Source: an uncultured Gammaproteobacteria bacterium
GTDB lineage: Bacteria > Patescibacteriota > Patescibacteriia > SBBC01 > CAIJZX01
NCBI GenBank assembly: GCA_964397195.1
Contig: CAYNGY010000002.1
Coordinates: 180,012 to 244,011 of the forward strand
Length of the DNA stretch: 64,000 nt
Direction of reading: 5' to 3'
Made by a program: the position numbers and the translations under genes. Shown piece after piece: positions 44,977-53,911 of this stretch (the first letter of the stretch is position 1; the number at the start of each line of letters is the position of its first letter). Under the pieces are notes generated by a model. The model made no database searches, was not told where the DNA came from, and worked only from the letters and a program-made list of their open reading frames with translations.

Positions 44977-45231
44977 CAAGAAGAGCCGCCGCGACCAGCA
45001 AACTCCCGCCCGGTAATTGACCGTTAGGTGCGGGTTCGAACAGTGCTGGTCGCGGTTATTGACTGATCCAATTCGACGCGTAACCTCATTGGAGCTGTAC
45101 GAGCAACCTTCCATTATTGCACCATAAACTGAAAATTCGCTGAATTTTTCGAGATTTAGGCTAAGGTTAGGCAAATTCGAAAATGCGCTTTCAGAAGGTG
45201 GTATACTTAGGTTCTTAAGGAGATATCCACT

Positions 45232-45576
45232 ATGACTGACCAACCACAATCAAACGCGACCGAACAGATTAAGAACGAGCTGAATAAGATTCCGCCGACG
45301 ACCGATCGGAATATGATGGCCGCGCTATCGTATGTTTGGATTCTCTCGATCGTGATGCTCGCCGTGCGCGGCAAGGAGCCGTTCATTAAATTCCATGCGA
45401 AGCAAGCCCTCGTACTCTTCATTCTCTCGATTTTCTCGTGGATTCCGGTGCTTGGCTGGATTGTTGGTCTCTTGGCCTTAATCGGCATGATCCTCGGCTT
45501 TATCAATGCCTGGCAAGGAAAGGAATACCGCTTGCCGTTCGTGGCGGACTTAGCAGATCGATTCATCAAGATCTAA
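45232..45576 (+). CDS. DUF4870-family small membrane protein.
   Basis: Two to three transmembrane helices are present, plus the HAKQALVL motif typical of DUF4870. It is preceded by a TGgTATACT element at about 45197. Confidence 0.5.
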   Translation: MTDQPQSNATEQIKNELNKIPPTTDRNMMAALSYVWILSIVMLAVRGKEPFIKFHAKQALVLFILSIFSWIPVLGWIVGLLALIGMILGFINAWQGKEYRLPFVADLADRFIKI

Positions 45577-45640
45577 CGTTTTGCTCATGAGCGCCGGACG
45601 ACCGACAGCACGTTGGCGGACGGCGTTTGTGTTTTAGCCA

Positions 45641-46216
45641 ATGCAGAAAAAAGCACCAAAAAATCTTCGCCTTGCCGAACGTGGACTGACCCACGCGTAT
45701 ATTGGCGACGGAAAAGGCAAGACGACGGCGGCGATTGGGACGGCCGTTCGCGCCCGCGGCTATGGCTGGAACGTGGCGTTCATTCAATTCATCAAAGAAG
45801 AGAAATGGCCGAGTGGGGAGCGGGGGATGTTACGGAAACTCGGAATTGAGGTCCATGTTCTTGGGCAGGGGTTCTATAAAATTATCAATGATCGGAAACC
45901 GGCCGCGGCGCATAAAACGGCGGCCAAAAAAGCGCTACAGTTCGCGCAGGCACTCGTTCGCTCCGGAACATTTCAGCTGGTGGTACTTGATGAGGTAGGC
46001 TCGGCGGTCGAAGAGGGGCTCCTGCCGCGGGCGCCGGTGGAAGCAATGCTGCGGGCGCGAGCGCGGGATGCGCGGGCGAAGCATGTCCATCTGATCTGGA
46101 CGGGACACAAACGAATCCCGTGGATGTTGAAATACGCTGATTTGGTGACGGATATGCGGATGGTGAAACATCCGTACTATCGTGGTATTATTGCCACGAA
46201 GGGATTAGATTACTAA
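45641..46216 (+). CDS. cobO: Cob(I)alamin/cob(I)yrinic acid a,c-diamide adenosyltransferase (CobA/CobO/BtuR family).
   Basis: A P-loop-like GDGKGKTTAAIG is present, along with VVLDEVG and a C-terminal WTGHKRIPWMLKYADLVTDM. Confidence 0.75.
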   Translation: MQKKAPKNLRLAERGLTHAYIGDGKGKTTAAIGTAVRARGYGWNVAFIQFIKEEKWPSGERGMLRKLGIEVHVLGQGFYKIINDRKPAAAHKTAAKKALQFAQALVRSGTFQLVVLDEVGSAVEEGLLPRAPVEAMLRARARDARAKHVHLIWTGHKRIPWMLKYADLVTDMRMVKHPYYRGIIATKGLDY

Positions 46217-46220
46217 CTAT

Positions 46221-46685
46221 ATGAAACAAACAAATCAAACACGTATCGGCGGAGTGATGATCGCCCTAGTCTTGCTCTATGCGCTGTCGCTGATTTGGAC
46301 GACGACACAAGATCATCCGCTCTGGATGGATACCGGGTGGCTGCGGTATATGTACTACTCGTTTAGTATGGTGGCCATTTTGGGCGTTGGACTCTGCATC
46401 GTGTCCCTGCTGACCCTTCACCATCCGCGGAGCGGAAAAGTGGCGTGGTTATTCCCGGCAATTTGGGCCTTCATTTTTTCCTGGCTGTGGTATACGTTCG
46501 CCTTAGGCGTGGCCTACAACCTGACGCTCCTCCAGGAGCTGCAATTTCTTGGTCCGAGAGTGATCGCCAATTATGACGCCTACATGTGGTGGCGTTTCGC
46601 GGCTCTGGATGGGCTGAATATGGCGTTTGCCTCGGTCGTCCTCGTGACGCCGCTCATTGTCTGGCTGTACCGGAAAAAACAATAA
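46221..46685 (+). CDS. Membrane protein of unknown function with 4 transmembrane helices.
   Basis: Called from its hydrophobic helices. No recognisable motif was found. Confidence 0.4.
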   Translation: MKQTNQTRIGGVMIALVLLYALSLIWTTTQDHPLWMDTGWLRYMYYSFSMVAILGVGLCIVSLLTLHHPRSGKVAWLFPAIWAFIFSWLWYTFALGVAYNLTLLQELQFLGPRVIANYDAYMWWRFAALDGLNMAFASVVLVTPLIVWLYRKKQ

Positions 46686-46695
46686 CACGCCATTT

Positions 46696-47154
46696 ATGAT
46701 TCACTGGAAACCCGCTCACTCAGCTGCCATCTCGGCTATCTCGCTATCGGTTGCCCTACTGCTGTACTACCTTTTTGCGACCTTGCCGATCCTTCTGCCG
46801 GGGTGGTTGGCCACGGTCATGTCGTTTATGGTGGCCATTCTTCTCGGTTCGACGCTCGATCATGGTCTGCGTGGTGCGCCGCTGAAAAAGCGACTCACTC
46901 GGTTTGTATTGTCGGTGATTACCATCGTCGCTTGGCTCGAGGTAGGTCAGTATATCCTCGTCCGATTATCGGAGGCACCGAATCGGTTGAATTTTCAGAA
47001 TGAGGGATGGTGGTGGCAGATGATCCTGAGCGAACTCGGCTGGCTCAGCTTGGTGGCGATCGTTTTAGCCGGGGTGGGGATGGGCGTGGCGCGTTGGCTG
47101 GAACGGTCATCCACAGCCCTCTTGGTTATTGACCAGCCCAAACAGAAAGCGTAA
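46696..47154 (+). CDS. Membrane protein of unknown function with 4 transmembrane helices.
   Basis: The start was chosen at MIHWKPAHS, after the upstream stop. The ORF-track start overlaps the previous gene. Confidence 0.4.
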   Translation: MIHWKPAHSAAISAISLSVALLLYYLFATLPILLPGWLATVMSFMVAILLGSTLDHGLRGAPLKKRLTRFVLSVITIVAWLEVGQYILVRLSEAPNRLNFQNEGWWWQMILSELGWLSLVAIVLAGVGMGVARWLERSSTALLVIDQPKQKA

Positions 47155-47157
47155 CAT

Positions 47158-47345
47158 TTCGCTACGGCAAGCCGGTGTAAATCCGGCACTGTCCCGCAAC
47201 CGTAATCCCGGATCACGTCCGGGAAAGTCGGACGCCATCCTGAACGCTGTTCAGGTAAAGATAAGACCTTCGTGGAAAGGCACGCATATTCACGTTTGGT
47301 GAATTGCCTGCTCAACACGTTGGCGGGTCCTTATTCGTCCCCGTT
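47158..47345 (+). ncRNA. Cobalamin (B12) riboswitch.
   Basis: The conserved core GCCGGUGuAAAUCCGGCaCuGUCCCGCAACcGUAA lies at 47171-47204. It matches the cGGUGnnAAUCCnnnnCnGnCCCGCnACnGUaa consensus. A downstream GGGAAAGUCGGAcGCC B12-box-like segment follows. The element sits 5' of DUF4430 genes, a known B12-riboswitch regulon. Confidence 0.7.
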
Positions 47346-47367
47346 TTCGGGATAACCCACCACGCGT

Positions 47368-47712
47368 ATGAAAAAACCCCTTATTCTTGCGGCGATATTC
47401 GCCGTAGCTCTGTTCGGGGCGAGTTGTAGCTCGTCATCGACGACTAATACAAACACGGTCTCAACCGTGACGAATACCTCGAGTGCCGTCAGCTATGCTG
47501 GTCAGGACGGCAAAACTGCGCTAGAATTGCTCGCGCAAACCCACACTATCGATGCCACAACCGAAGGCTTCATCAACGCGATCGACGGACAGAAACCGGA
47601 AGGCCGGCAGTTCTGGGCGTTCTACGTTAACGGCGCGCAAGCGAGCGTCGGCGCGAAAGACTACACGACGAAAACCGGCGACCAGATTGAATGGCGCCTC
47701 GAAGCTTACTAA
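47368..47712 (+). CDS. DUF4430-domain lipoprotein, a BtuG-like putative surface B12-binding protein.
   Basis: A lipobox LFGASC is present, followed by a Ser/Thr linker. The DUF4430 C-terminus reads FWAFYVNGAQASVGAKDYTTKTGDQIEWRLEAY. Confidence 0.6.
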   Translation: MKKPLILAAIFAVALFGASCSSSSTTNTNTVSTVTNTSSAVSYAGQDGKTALELLAQTHTIDATTEGFINAIDGQKPEGRQFWAFYVNGAQASVGAKDYTTKTGDQIEWRLEAY

Positions 47713-47761
47713 TCAACCGCACGTTTCACTCCATCACCATTGGACCGTCACCTGGACAACA

Positions 47762-48142
47762 GTGGCCGGCGGAACGATCGTGCTCCTCGGATTCATCGTC
47801 TTCGTGCTCTTGGCGATTGTCCTTGTCACCCCCGATAGCCCGGCCGATGCCCGATCGACGGTCACGGTTACCTCAGTCACGCCGCAGGCTCAGCGTTCGG
47901 GTGTGATCCGACTGCGAACGCCGCGTCTGCTCGAAGCGGTCGCGCGCTGGTCGGCCGGGACTGGGCAGGCCACCGAGTACATGACCGTCGGGAGCGGCGC
48001 GACACTGCAACAATGTCTCGGGTATTCAGCGGCTGACGGTCGCTGGCTGATCCGGGTCAACGATCGTATCATCGATGATCTGTTCCACGCCAGACTCCAG
48101 CAAGGTGATGATGTGCGACTCGAATTTATCCCACACTCATGA
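47762..48142 (+). CDS. Second DUF4430-domain protein, membrane-anchored by a single transmembrane helix. The start codon is uncertain.
   Basis: The transmembrane segment is TIVLLGFIVFVLLAIVLV. The C-terminus WLIRVNDRIIDDLFHARLQQGDDVRLEFI matches the same DUF4430 pattern. The ORF-track start at 47552 overlaps the previous gene in another frame. GTG at 47762 is a possible start. Confidence 0.45.
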   Translation: MAGGTIVLLGFIVFVLLAIVLVTPDSPADARSTVTVTSVTPQAQRSGVIRLRTPRLLEAVARWSAGTGQATEYMTVGSGATLQQCLGYSAADGRWLIRVNDRIIDDLFHARLQQGDDVRLEFIPHS

Positions 48143-48699
48143 ATAAAACGCGAACTCTTTTGCTTCCGGTTTTTGGCCTGATTATCATCGGCGCGTTGCT
48201 CCGCGTGTTACGACATTACGGGTGGATTGATCTTCCGCCAAATGTGGCGCCGGTCAGCGTGATTGCCTTCTTGGCGGCGGCGTATCTGCCGCGGCGGTGG
48301 GGCGTTTTCGCGCCACTTGGGTTGATGGCGGCGAGTGATATCGCCATTGGCGGGTATAACTGGCGGATTATGGCCGTGGTCTACGTTTCGTTCGGTATTT
48401 CCTACCTGCTGGGCACGATCTTGCGCCATCGGCGCAGTGTGATGCGGTTGAGCGCGGTGACGCTGGCTGGTGCGACCAGCTTCTTCCTCTTGACCAATGC
48501 CGCTGATTGGCTCTGGAGCGGGACATACGCTCGAACGTTGGGCGAACTCGGCCGGGCGTACCAGGCCGGACTGCCGTTCTTCCGAAATATGCTGATCGGT
48601 GATCTCGCTTACGTCGGCATCGGCTTTGGCATCGTGGAGGGATGTGTGCTATATTGGCGGCGTCATCAGGCTCAGGCCGAGATGACATCCCATGGCTGA
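48139..48699 (+). CDS. Polytopic membrane protein, candidate B12 transporter/ECF-type substrate-binding (S) component.
   Basis: About 5-6 transmembrane helices are present. The start overlaps the upstream stop by ATGA, so the gene sits in the riboswitch-controlled operon. No defining motif was found. Confidence 0.3.
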   Translation: MNKTRTLLLPVFGLIIIGALLRVLRHYGWIDLPPNVAPVSVIAFLAAAYLPRRWGVFAPLGLMAASDIAIGGYNWRIMAVVYVSFGISYLLGTILRHRRSVMRLSAVTLAGATSFFLLTNAADWLWSGTYARTLGELGRAYQAGLPFFRNMLIGDLAYVGIGFGIVEGCVLYWRRHQAQAEMTSHG

Positions 48700-49597
48700 T
48701 TATCGACGGTATCAACCGCGTCGGACCACGTCGTCTATTTCCGGACGAACGGTGGCTATTTGGGTTGTGGCTGGGGTACTGGTGATTGCGGTTTCGACCT
48801 GGCTCTTCCGTGGTCGCGCCACGCCAACTGACACTGGGAATGGGCCGGATATTACGCTCGTCAATGACCAGGCCAACACAAATCAGGTCGTGACCAATGC
48901 GGCGGTGACGAATACCAGTGTGACCAATACCGCGGTGGCGACCACGAGTAGTTTGTCGTCAGCGACGATGGCGACGATTCTCCAGTCTTGCCCGAACGCG
49001 GTATCGCAAGTTGGAACCTCGAAGCGAGTGGCGCTGACCTTTGATATTGTTGATGATGGTGAAGCGGTGACACGCCTGATAGACGTCCTCAAAGCCAAAA
49101 GTATTCCGGCCGCCTTTTTCATTACTGGTACCTATGCGGTTGACCACGGTTCGCTGTTGCAGGAGATTGTGGCCGCCGGGTTCCCGGTCTACAGTCGAGG
49201 CACGTCGACGAGTGTCAAATTTGGGACGGCCGAGGCGGCGACTGTGACGAGCGATCTGACGACCGCTGAGGCGAAAATTTCGGCGGCCAGCGGCCAGAGC
49301 GCAAAACCGTTTTTCCGCCCGGCCCGTGGTGAGACAAGTGCGGCGGCGGTGACGGCGGCGCGGCAGGCGGGTTTTTGTACTATCACTTGGACGGTAGACG
49401 GGAATGATTGGGACGATACGCAAACCGCGGATGGTGCGTCAACGCGCGTGCTGGACCGACTGACAAACGGGGCGATTGTGCTGTTTGGCGCTGGGTACGA
49501 GATTACGCCAACGGCCGTGGAAACGCTCGCCACCGAGATCCCGAAACGGGGATATACGTTATCCACGCTCGCTGAACTCTTCACAGCTGACAGGTAG
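48692..49597 (+). CDS. Polysaccharide deacetylase (NodB/CE4 family) with an N-terminal membrane anchor and a Thr/Asn linker.
   Basis: A CE4-like TFDIVDDGEAVTRLIDVLKAKSIPAAFFITGTYAVDH is present. The transmembrane segment is VAIWVVAGVLVIAV. Confidence 0.6.
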   Translation: MADYRRYQPRRTTSSISGRTVAIWVVAGVLVIAVSTWLFRGRATPTDTGNGPDITLVNDQANTNQVVTNAAVTNTSVTNTAVATTSSLSSATMATILQSCPNAVSQVGTSKRVALTFDIVDDGEAVTRLIDVLKAKSIPAAFFITGTYAVDHGSLLQEIVAAGFPVYSRGTSTSVKFGTAEAATVTSDLTTAEAKISAASGQSAKPFFRPARGETSAAAVTAARQAGFCTITWTVDGNDWDDTQTADGASTRVLDRLTNGAIVLFGAGYEITPTAVETLATEIPKRGYTLSTLAELFTADR

Positions 49598-49647
49598 CGG
49601 AGAGTCGTATATACTACGTTCTGTCGTAGCATTAGGAGTTACGTTTT

Positions 49648-50847
49648 ATGGATACACCTATCACATCGCGTCCGTCGACGCTTTCCACAAATACCATCGG
49701 GTTGCTGATCGTGCTGAGTCTCGTTTTTGGCGGGGCAAGTGGGGCGACCATGGCCTACGTCCTGATCGGTAACGATGCGACGCCGGGAACCGGGACCACG
49801 CGACAAACAGTGAGTGTCGTGGAGAGCTCGGCCACGATTGATGTCGTGAAGAAGGCGAACCCGGCCGTGGTTAGCGTCATTGCTAGTAAAGACTACTCGC
49901 AAATTTACGGGAACCGCCCGGTCTCCCCATACGACCAATTCTTCGGTATCGGGAACAACACGCCATCAACACCGCAAGGGAAAACCGAAGTCTCAAGCGG
50001 ATCGGGGTTCATTGTTCGGGCCGATGGATTGATTGTGACCAATAAGCATGTGGTGAGCGATACCGATGCCCAATACACGGTGGTCATGAATGACGGGAAG
50101 AAATACGATGCCAAGATTTTGGCGACCGATCCCTCAAATGACGTGGCCTTTGTGAAGATTGAGGCTACCGGGTTGCCAACCTTAACGTTGGGCGACTCGG
50201 ACGCGGTGCAGATTGGTCAGAGTGTGGTGGCTATCGGCAATGCCCTCGGTCAGTACCGGAACACCGTGACGCAAGGGGTGATTTCTGGACAATCACGGAA
50301 TATTACGGCTGGTGACGGCTCGGGTTCGTCGGAGAGCCTGACAGACGTGTTCCAGACGGATGCCAGCATCAATCCGGGGAACTCAGGCGGCCCGTTGTTG
50401 GACCTGACCGGGAGCGTGGTGGCGATGAATACGGCTATTGATCAACAGGGGACGTTGATCGGTTTTGCGATTCCCATTAATGCGGTCAAAAAAGACCTCG
50501 AGAGCGTTGAAAAGAACGGTAAGATCGTCCAGCCGTACTTAGGTGTTCGCTATACGCTTCTCACAAAAGCCATTGCCGATAAGAATTCGTTGCCGGTTGA
50601 TGCTGGGGCCTGGATTCAAAAGGGGACCGGGGCGGATGAGGTCGCGGTCTTGGCCGATAGTCCGGCTTCCAAGGCGGGCTTAGCCGAGGGCGACATCATT
50701 GTCTCGCTCAATGGTGCGGAGATTAGTGAGGATCATCCGCTGACCGGCATTTTGACGAAATTCATGCCCGGGGATGTGGTGACCATCGTTATTTACCACG
50801 GCAATCAGAAAAAAGAGGTCAAAGTGGCGCTCGAGGAGCGAAAGTAG
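49648..50847 (+). CDS. htrA: HtrA/DegP-family serine protease with a PDZ domain.
   Basis: The catalytic motifs TNKHVV and GNSGGPLLD are present. A C-terminal PDZ domain (GDIIVSLNG) follows. Confidence 0.85.
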   Translation: MDTPITSRPSTLSTNTIGLLIVLSLVFGGASGATMAYVLIGNDATPGTGTTRQTVSVVESSATIDVVKKANPAVVSVIASKDYSQIYGNRPVSPYDQFFGIGNNTPSTPQGKTEVSSGSGFIVRADGLIVTNKHVVSDTDAQYTVVMNDGKKYDAKILATDPSNDVAFVKIEATGLPTLTLGDSDAVQIGQSVVAIGNALGQYRNTVTQGVISGQSRNITAGDGSGSSESLTDVFQTDASINPGNSGGPLLDLTGSVVAMNTAIDQQGTLIGFAIPINAVKKDLESVEKNGKIVQPYLGVRYTLLTKAIADKNSLPVDAGAWIQKGTGADEVAVLADSPASKAGLAEGDIIVSLNGAEISEDHPLTGILTKFMPGDVVTIVIYHGNQKKEVKVALEERK

Positions 50848-50953
50848 ACTCTCCAATTCCATCCGGCCCATGACCGCCTGGCAGTGGCGGGTTTCTTGGG
50901 ATCTGTGGAAAAAAGATGCGCATGATCTCAGAATGTGGTATAGTAGTGCCCGA

Positions 50954-52372
50954 ATGGAAAGAATCAATATGCGGAGACGCTCGGGCCAAGTTCCGACGGC
51001 CGCCATCATCGTTGTCTCGATATTTGCCGTCATGTTTATCGGTACGGTGACGTTTTTTGTGTATCAGTTCCAAAAAGGGAGCTCAAAGACTAATAAAAAC
51101 ACGACGGTTGTTACTAAGAACAACAATAAAAACAAGAACGCGAATACAGGTAATACTACGAATACGGCGGCCAACCAAAACACCAATGCGAGCGTTGGTG
51201 TTGATATTGCGCCAAGCGAATCGATCCCCGAGACATGGAAAACCTATACCAACGGCTTAGCGAACTACTCCATTCGATATCCCGACACGTGGACATTGCA
51301 GGAAGTTTCGATCGCAGATCATCCGGTGCAAAAGATTGCCGTTCGGTATGTGAAGTTTTTAAACCCGAATGGGCAAGTCACCTTGAGCCTTGGTGTTCGA
51401 CGTGTGGGTGATACCTATGGTATCAATGAGCGCACGGCGGCGCCGACCGGGACGCTGTCGACCGGTATCACATTCCGGATCGCCGCGATTGACGTCAATA
51501 GTTCAAACCTTGTGGTTGACAGTGCGGTGCCGGCAATTTTCTACTACCCGCTCAAGCCATTTGGCTACACATATCTCGAGGGTCGCGAAGTCCAGGCTGA
51601 GCTGGCGATTACGGCAGTGCCGGGAGTGGCCAAGCCGGTGACCGATTTACTGAAGAGTAATGAAACGCAGGTCGCGAACACTATCCTCAGCTCGCTGGCG
51701 TTCACGGACATTAGTACGCCGGTAACACAGCCACCAGTTTCGGCGGTGCCGCTCGGCCAATTCAAAATCGAATCCTACCGACCAGCGCCGGGTGAGTTAG
51801 CCGATACGCGACTGATTAACCTTGACGGTGGGAAACGAACGGTCGAAATCGAAAGTACCAGAACCCGAGCGGGGCTGGCTTCCGGTCATGCGTTAACGAT
51901 GGTCGTGTTTCCGGCTTTTGGCACAACGCTCTATTTGCAAGACCAGGAATTAAAAACGGGTACTGTGGGTGGGGCGTTATGGACCTACGACGTGACATCG
52001 AAACGTTTAACGAAACAGTCGACGTATCCGGAAATAGGCTGGGGGAAAGTGGCGGTGAATAAAGTTCGAACGCGGGCCGTGTACACGTCGAGTACTGTTC
52101 GTGATGACAGTGGTGATGTGAAAGTCTTGTACTATCTCGATCTTGTTCAGAACTCGCTGGCGTCGTTGGTGACCCTCGTGGACAATCGAACCTTCAGTTC
52201 CGGTTGGGGCGGATCGACGAACACATTTCTTTTTAGCTTCAAAACGGACGACACGGTCAAGTACACGTTCTACGACCAGAACTCTGGAAATAAGCAATCA
52301 AAAATGCAAAAAACGAAACTGGGCGAGGGCCAAATCGTCGTGCCTGGCGCGAACCCAGCAACACAAAAATAA
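50954..52372 (+). CDS. Secreted or membrane-anchored protein of unknown function, with an Asn-rich linker.
   Basis: The transmembrane segment is AAIIVVSIFAVMFIGTVTFFVY. A NKNTTVVTKNNNKNKNANTGNTTNT linker follows. The start is uncertain; the ORF-track start at 50870 overlaps the htrA end. Confidence 0.4.
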   Translation: MERINMRRRSGQVPTAAIIVVSIFAVMFIGTVTFFVYQFQKGSSKTNKNTTVVTKNNNKNKNANTGNTTNTAANQNTNASVGVDIAPSESIPETWKTYTNGLANYSIRYPDTWTLQEVSIADHPVQKIAVRYVKFLNPNGQVTLSLGVRRVGDTYGINERTAAPTGTLSTGITFRIAAIDVNSSNLVVDSAVPAIFYYPLKPFGYTYLEGREVQAELAITAVPGVAKPVTDLLKSNETQVANTILSSLAFTDISTPVTQPPVSAVPLGQFKIESYRPAPGELADTRLINLDGGKRTVEIESTRTRAGLASGHALTMVVFPAFGTTLYLQDQELKTGTVGGALWTYDVTSKRLTKQSTYPEIGWGKVAVNKVRTRAVYTSSTVRDDSGDVKVLYYLDLVQNSLASLVTLVDNRTFSSGWGGSTNTFLFSFKTDDTVKYTFYDQNSGNKQSKMQKTKLGEGQIVVPGANPATQK

Positions 52373-52410
52373 CAATATATTTACTCCTAACAAGATAATA
52401 CCAAACATCT

Positions 52411-52674
52411 ATGGCGGACATGCAAACACCACAAACCCCGATGATGCCGGTGCAGAAAAAGCCGGTTAAAAAGAGCGGAGCCTGGCACGTGATGATGCCG
52501 ATCGCCGTTATGGCCTTCGCCATTATGGCGCTGATCTTCTTCATCGACTGGTCGATGGATTATTTCAGCAACGGGACCGTTAAGAACACGTCGAATACGA
52601 ATACGACGAATACGGCGGCGACGCGTTTAATGAACACGAACGGAGCGAACACCAACGCCGCCGAAACAGAGTAA
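52411..52674 (+). CDS. Small bitopic membrane protein with an Asn/Thr tail.
   Basis: A single transmembrane segment MMPIAVMAFAIMALIFFI is present. Confidence 0.35.
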   Translation: MADMQTPQTPMMPVQKKPVKKSGAWHVMMPIAVMAFAIMALIFFIDWSMDYFSNGTVKNTSNTNTTNTAATRLMNTNGANTNAAETE

Positions 52675-52779
52675 ATTTTTTCTGTTTTCCCTGGTCGTGG
52701 TTCGATCGGGGACGCACACGCACCGCCGCGGTTGGCGGTGCTTGTGTTTTTGCGTGATTGGCCGTATTCTGAGGGGACT

Positions 52780-53899
52780 ATGAATGATCAGGTGCGTAAA
52801 TTGGAACACCTCCGGACGAAGCTCGATTCGGCCCGGGGGTTACTTTGACCTCGATCAGCGCCGTCAGCAGATTTTAGAATCAGAGGAGGCGATGAGTCAC
52901 CCCGGCTTTTGGGCTGACAGAAACACTGCGGAAACCCGGACGCGCGACCTGAAAGCGATGAAAGATGAGGTCGCGGCCTGGGAGGCGATTGAACGCGATG
53001 TGGCTTCGTGGCTGGAGTTAGCGGCTATGGCTGAGGAGAGTCAGCGTGCGGAAGTGGAAAAAGCGGTCGCCGAGATTGAGGAGCGATACCGTCAACTTGA
53101 GTTTTCGCTCTTACTTGATGACGAACATGATGTGACGAACGCGATTGTGGCGGTTCATGCCGGGACCGGCGGGACCGACGCCATGGACTGGGCAGAGATT
53201 CTTGAACGAATGCTCCTGCGTTTCTGTGAGCAACGGGGCTGGAGTACGCGAGTGATTGATCGATCGATGGGACAAGAAGCGGGGATTAAAAGTACAACGA
53301 TCGAAGTTCGCGGACGAATGGCCTATGGGTATTTAAAGAGCGAGCATGGTGTCCACCGACTGGTTCGAATTTCGCCGTTCGATGCGGAGAAAATGCGACA
53401 CACATCTTTTGCCTTGGTCGAGGTTCTCCCGGAACTGGAAGATGTCCAGGCAATTACGATTGATCCAAAAGATATTCGCGTTGATACGTACTTAGCGTCA
53501 GGTCATGGTGGCCAGGGCGTGCAAACGACCTACTCCGCGGTGCGGGTCGTCCACTTGCCGACGAAAATTACCGTGGCGGTGCAAAATGAGCGGTCACAAA
53601 CACAGAACAAAGAAACGGCCATGAAGATTCTTTACGCGAAACTCCTTCAATTGGAGATTGAAAAAAAAGCGGCTGAAAAAGCTAAGTTGCGCGGCGAGTA
53701 TCACGAAGCCGCGTGGGGAAATCAGATTCGATCATACGTCATGCAGCCGTATCGGCTCGTTAAGGATCATCGGACGAAGCATGAGACGTCGCAAGTTGAT
53801 GCGGTGCTGAACGGAGACTTGATGCCGTTTATGGATGCGTATTTACGTTGGGTCAAGGCCGGACGGCCGCGCTTGGTGAAAGAATCGGAAGACGTATAA
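52780..53899 (+). CDS. prfB: Peptide chain release factor 2, carrying the conserved programmed +1 frameshift site CTT TGA C in the sequence (TGA at 52846-52848). Whether this gene actually requires the frameshift was not established.
   Basis: Frame 0 reads ATG(52780) MNDQVRKLEHLRTKLDSARGLL then TGA. The +1 frame continues DLDQRRQQILE... through the GGQ motif (SGHGGQGV). An SD-like CGGGGG lies 3 nt before CTT, as in the classic RF2 shift site. Confidence 0.9.
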
Positions 53900-53911
53900 T
53901 TATTTCAATCT

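Noticed and set aside
47552-47760. The ORF-track start of the second DUF4430 gene at 47552 overlaps the first DUF4430 gene by 160 nt in another frame.
   Set aside because: The overlapping N-terminal extension (MPQPKASSTRSTDRNRKAGSS...) is Arg/Ser-rich read-through of the upstream coding region. The real gene most likely starts after the upstream stop at 47712.
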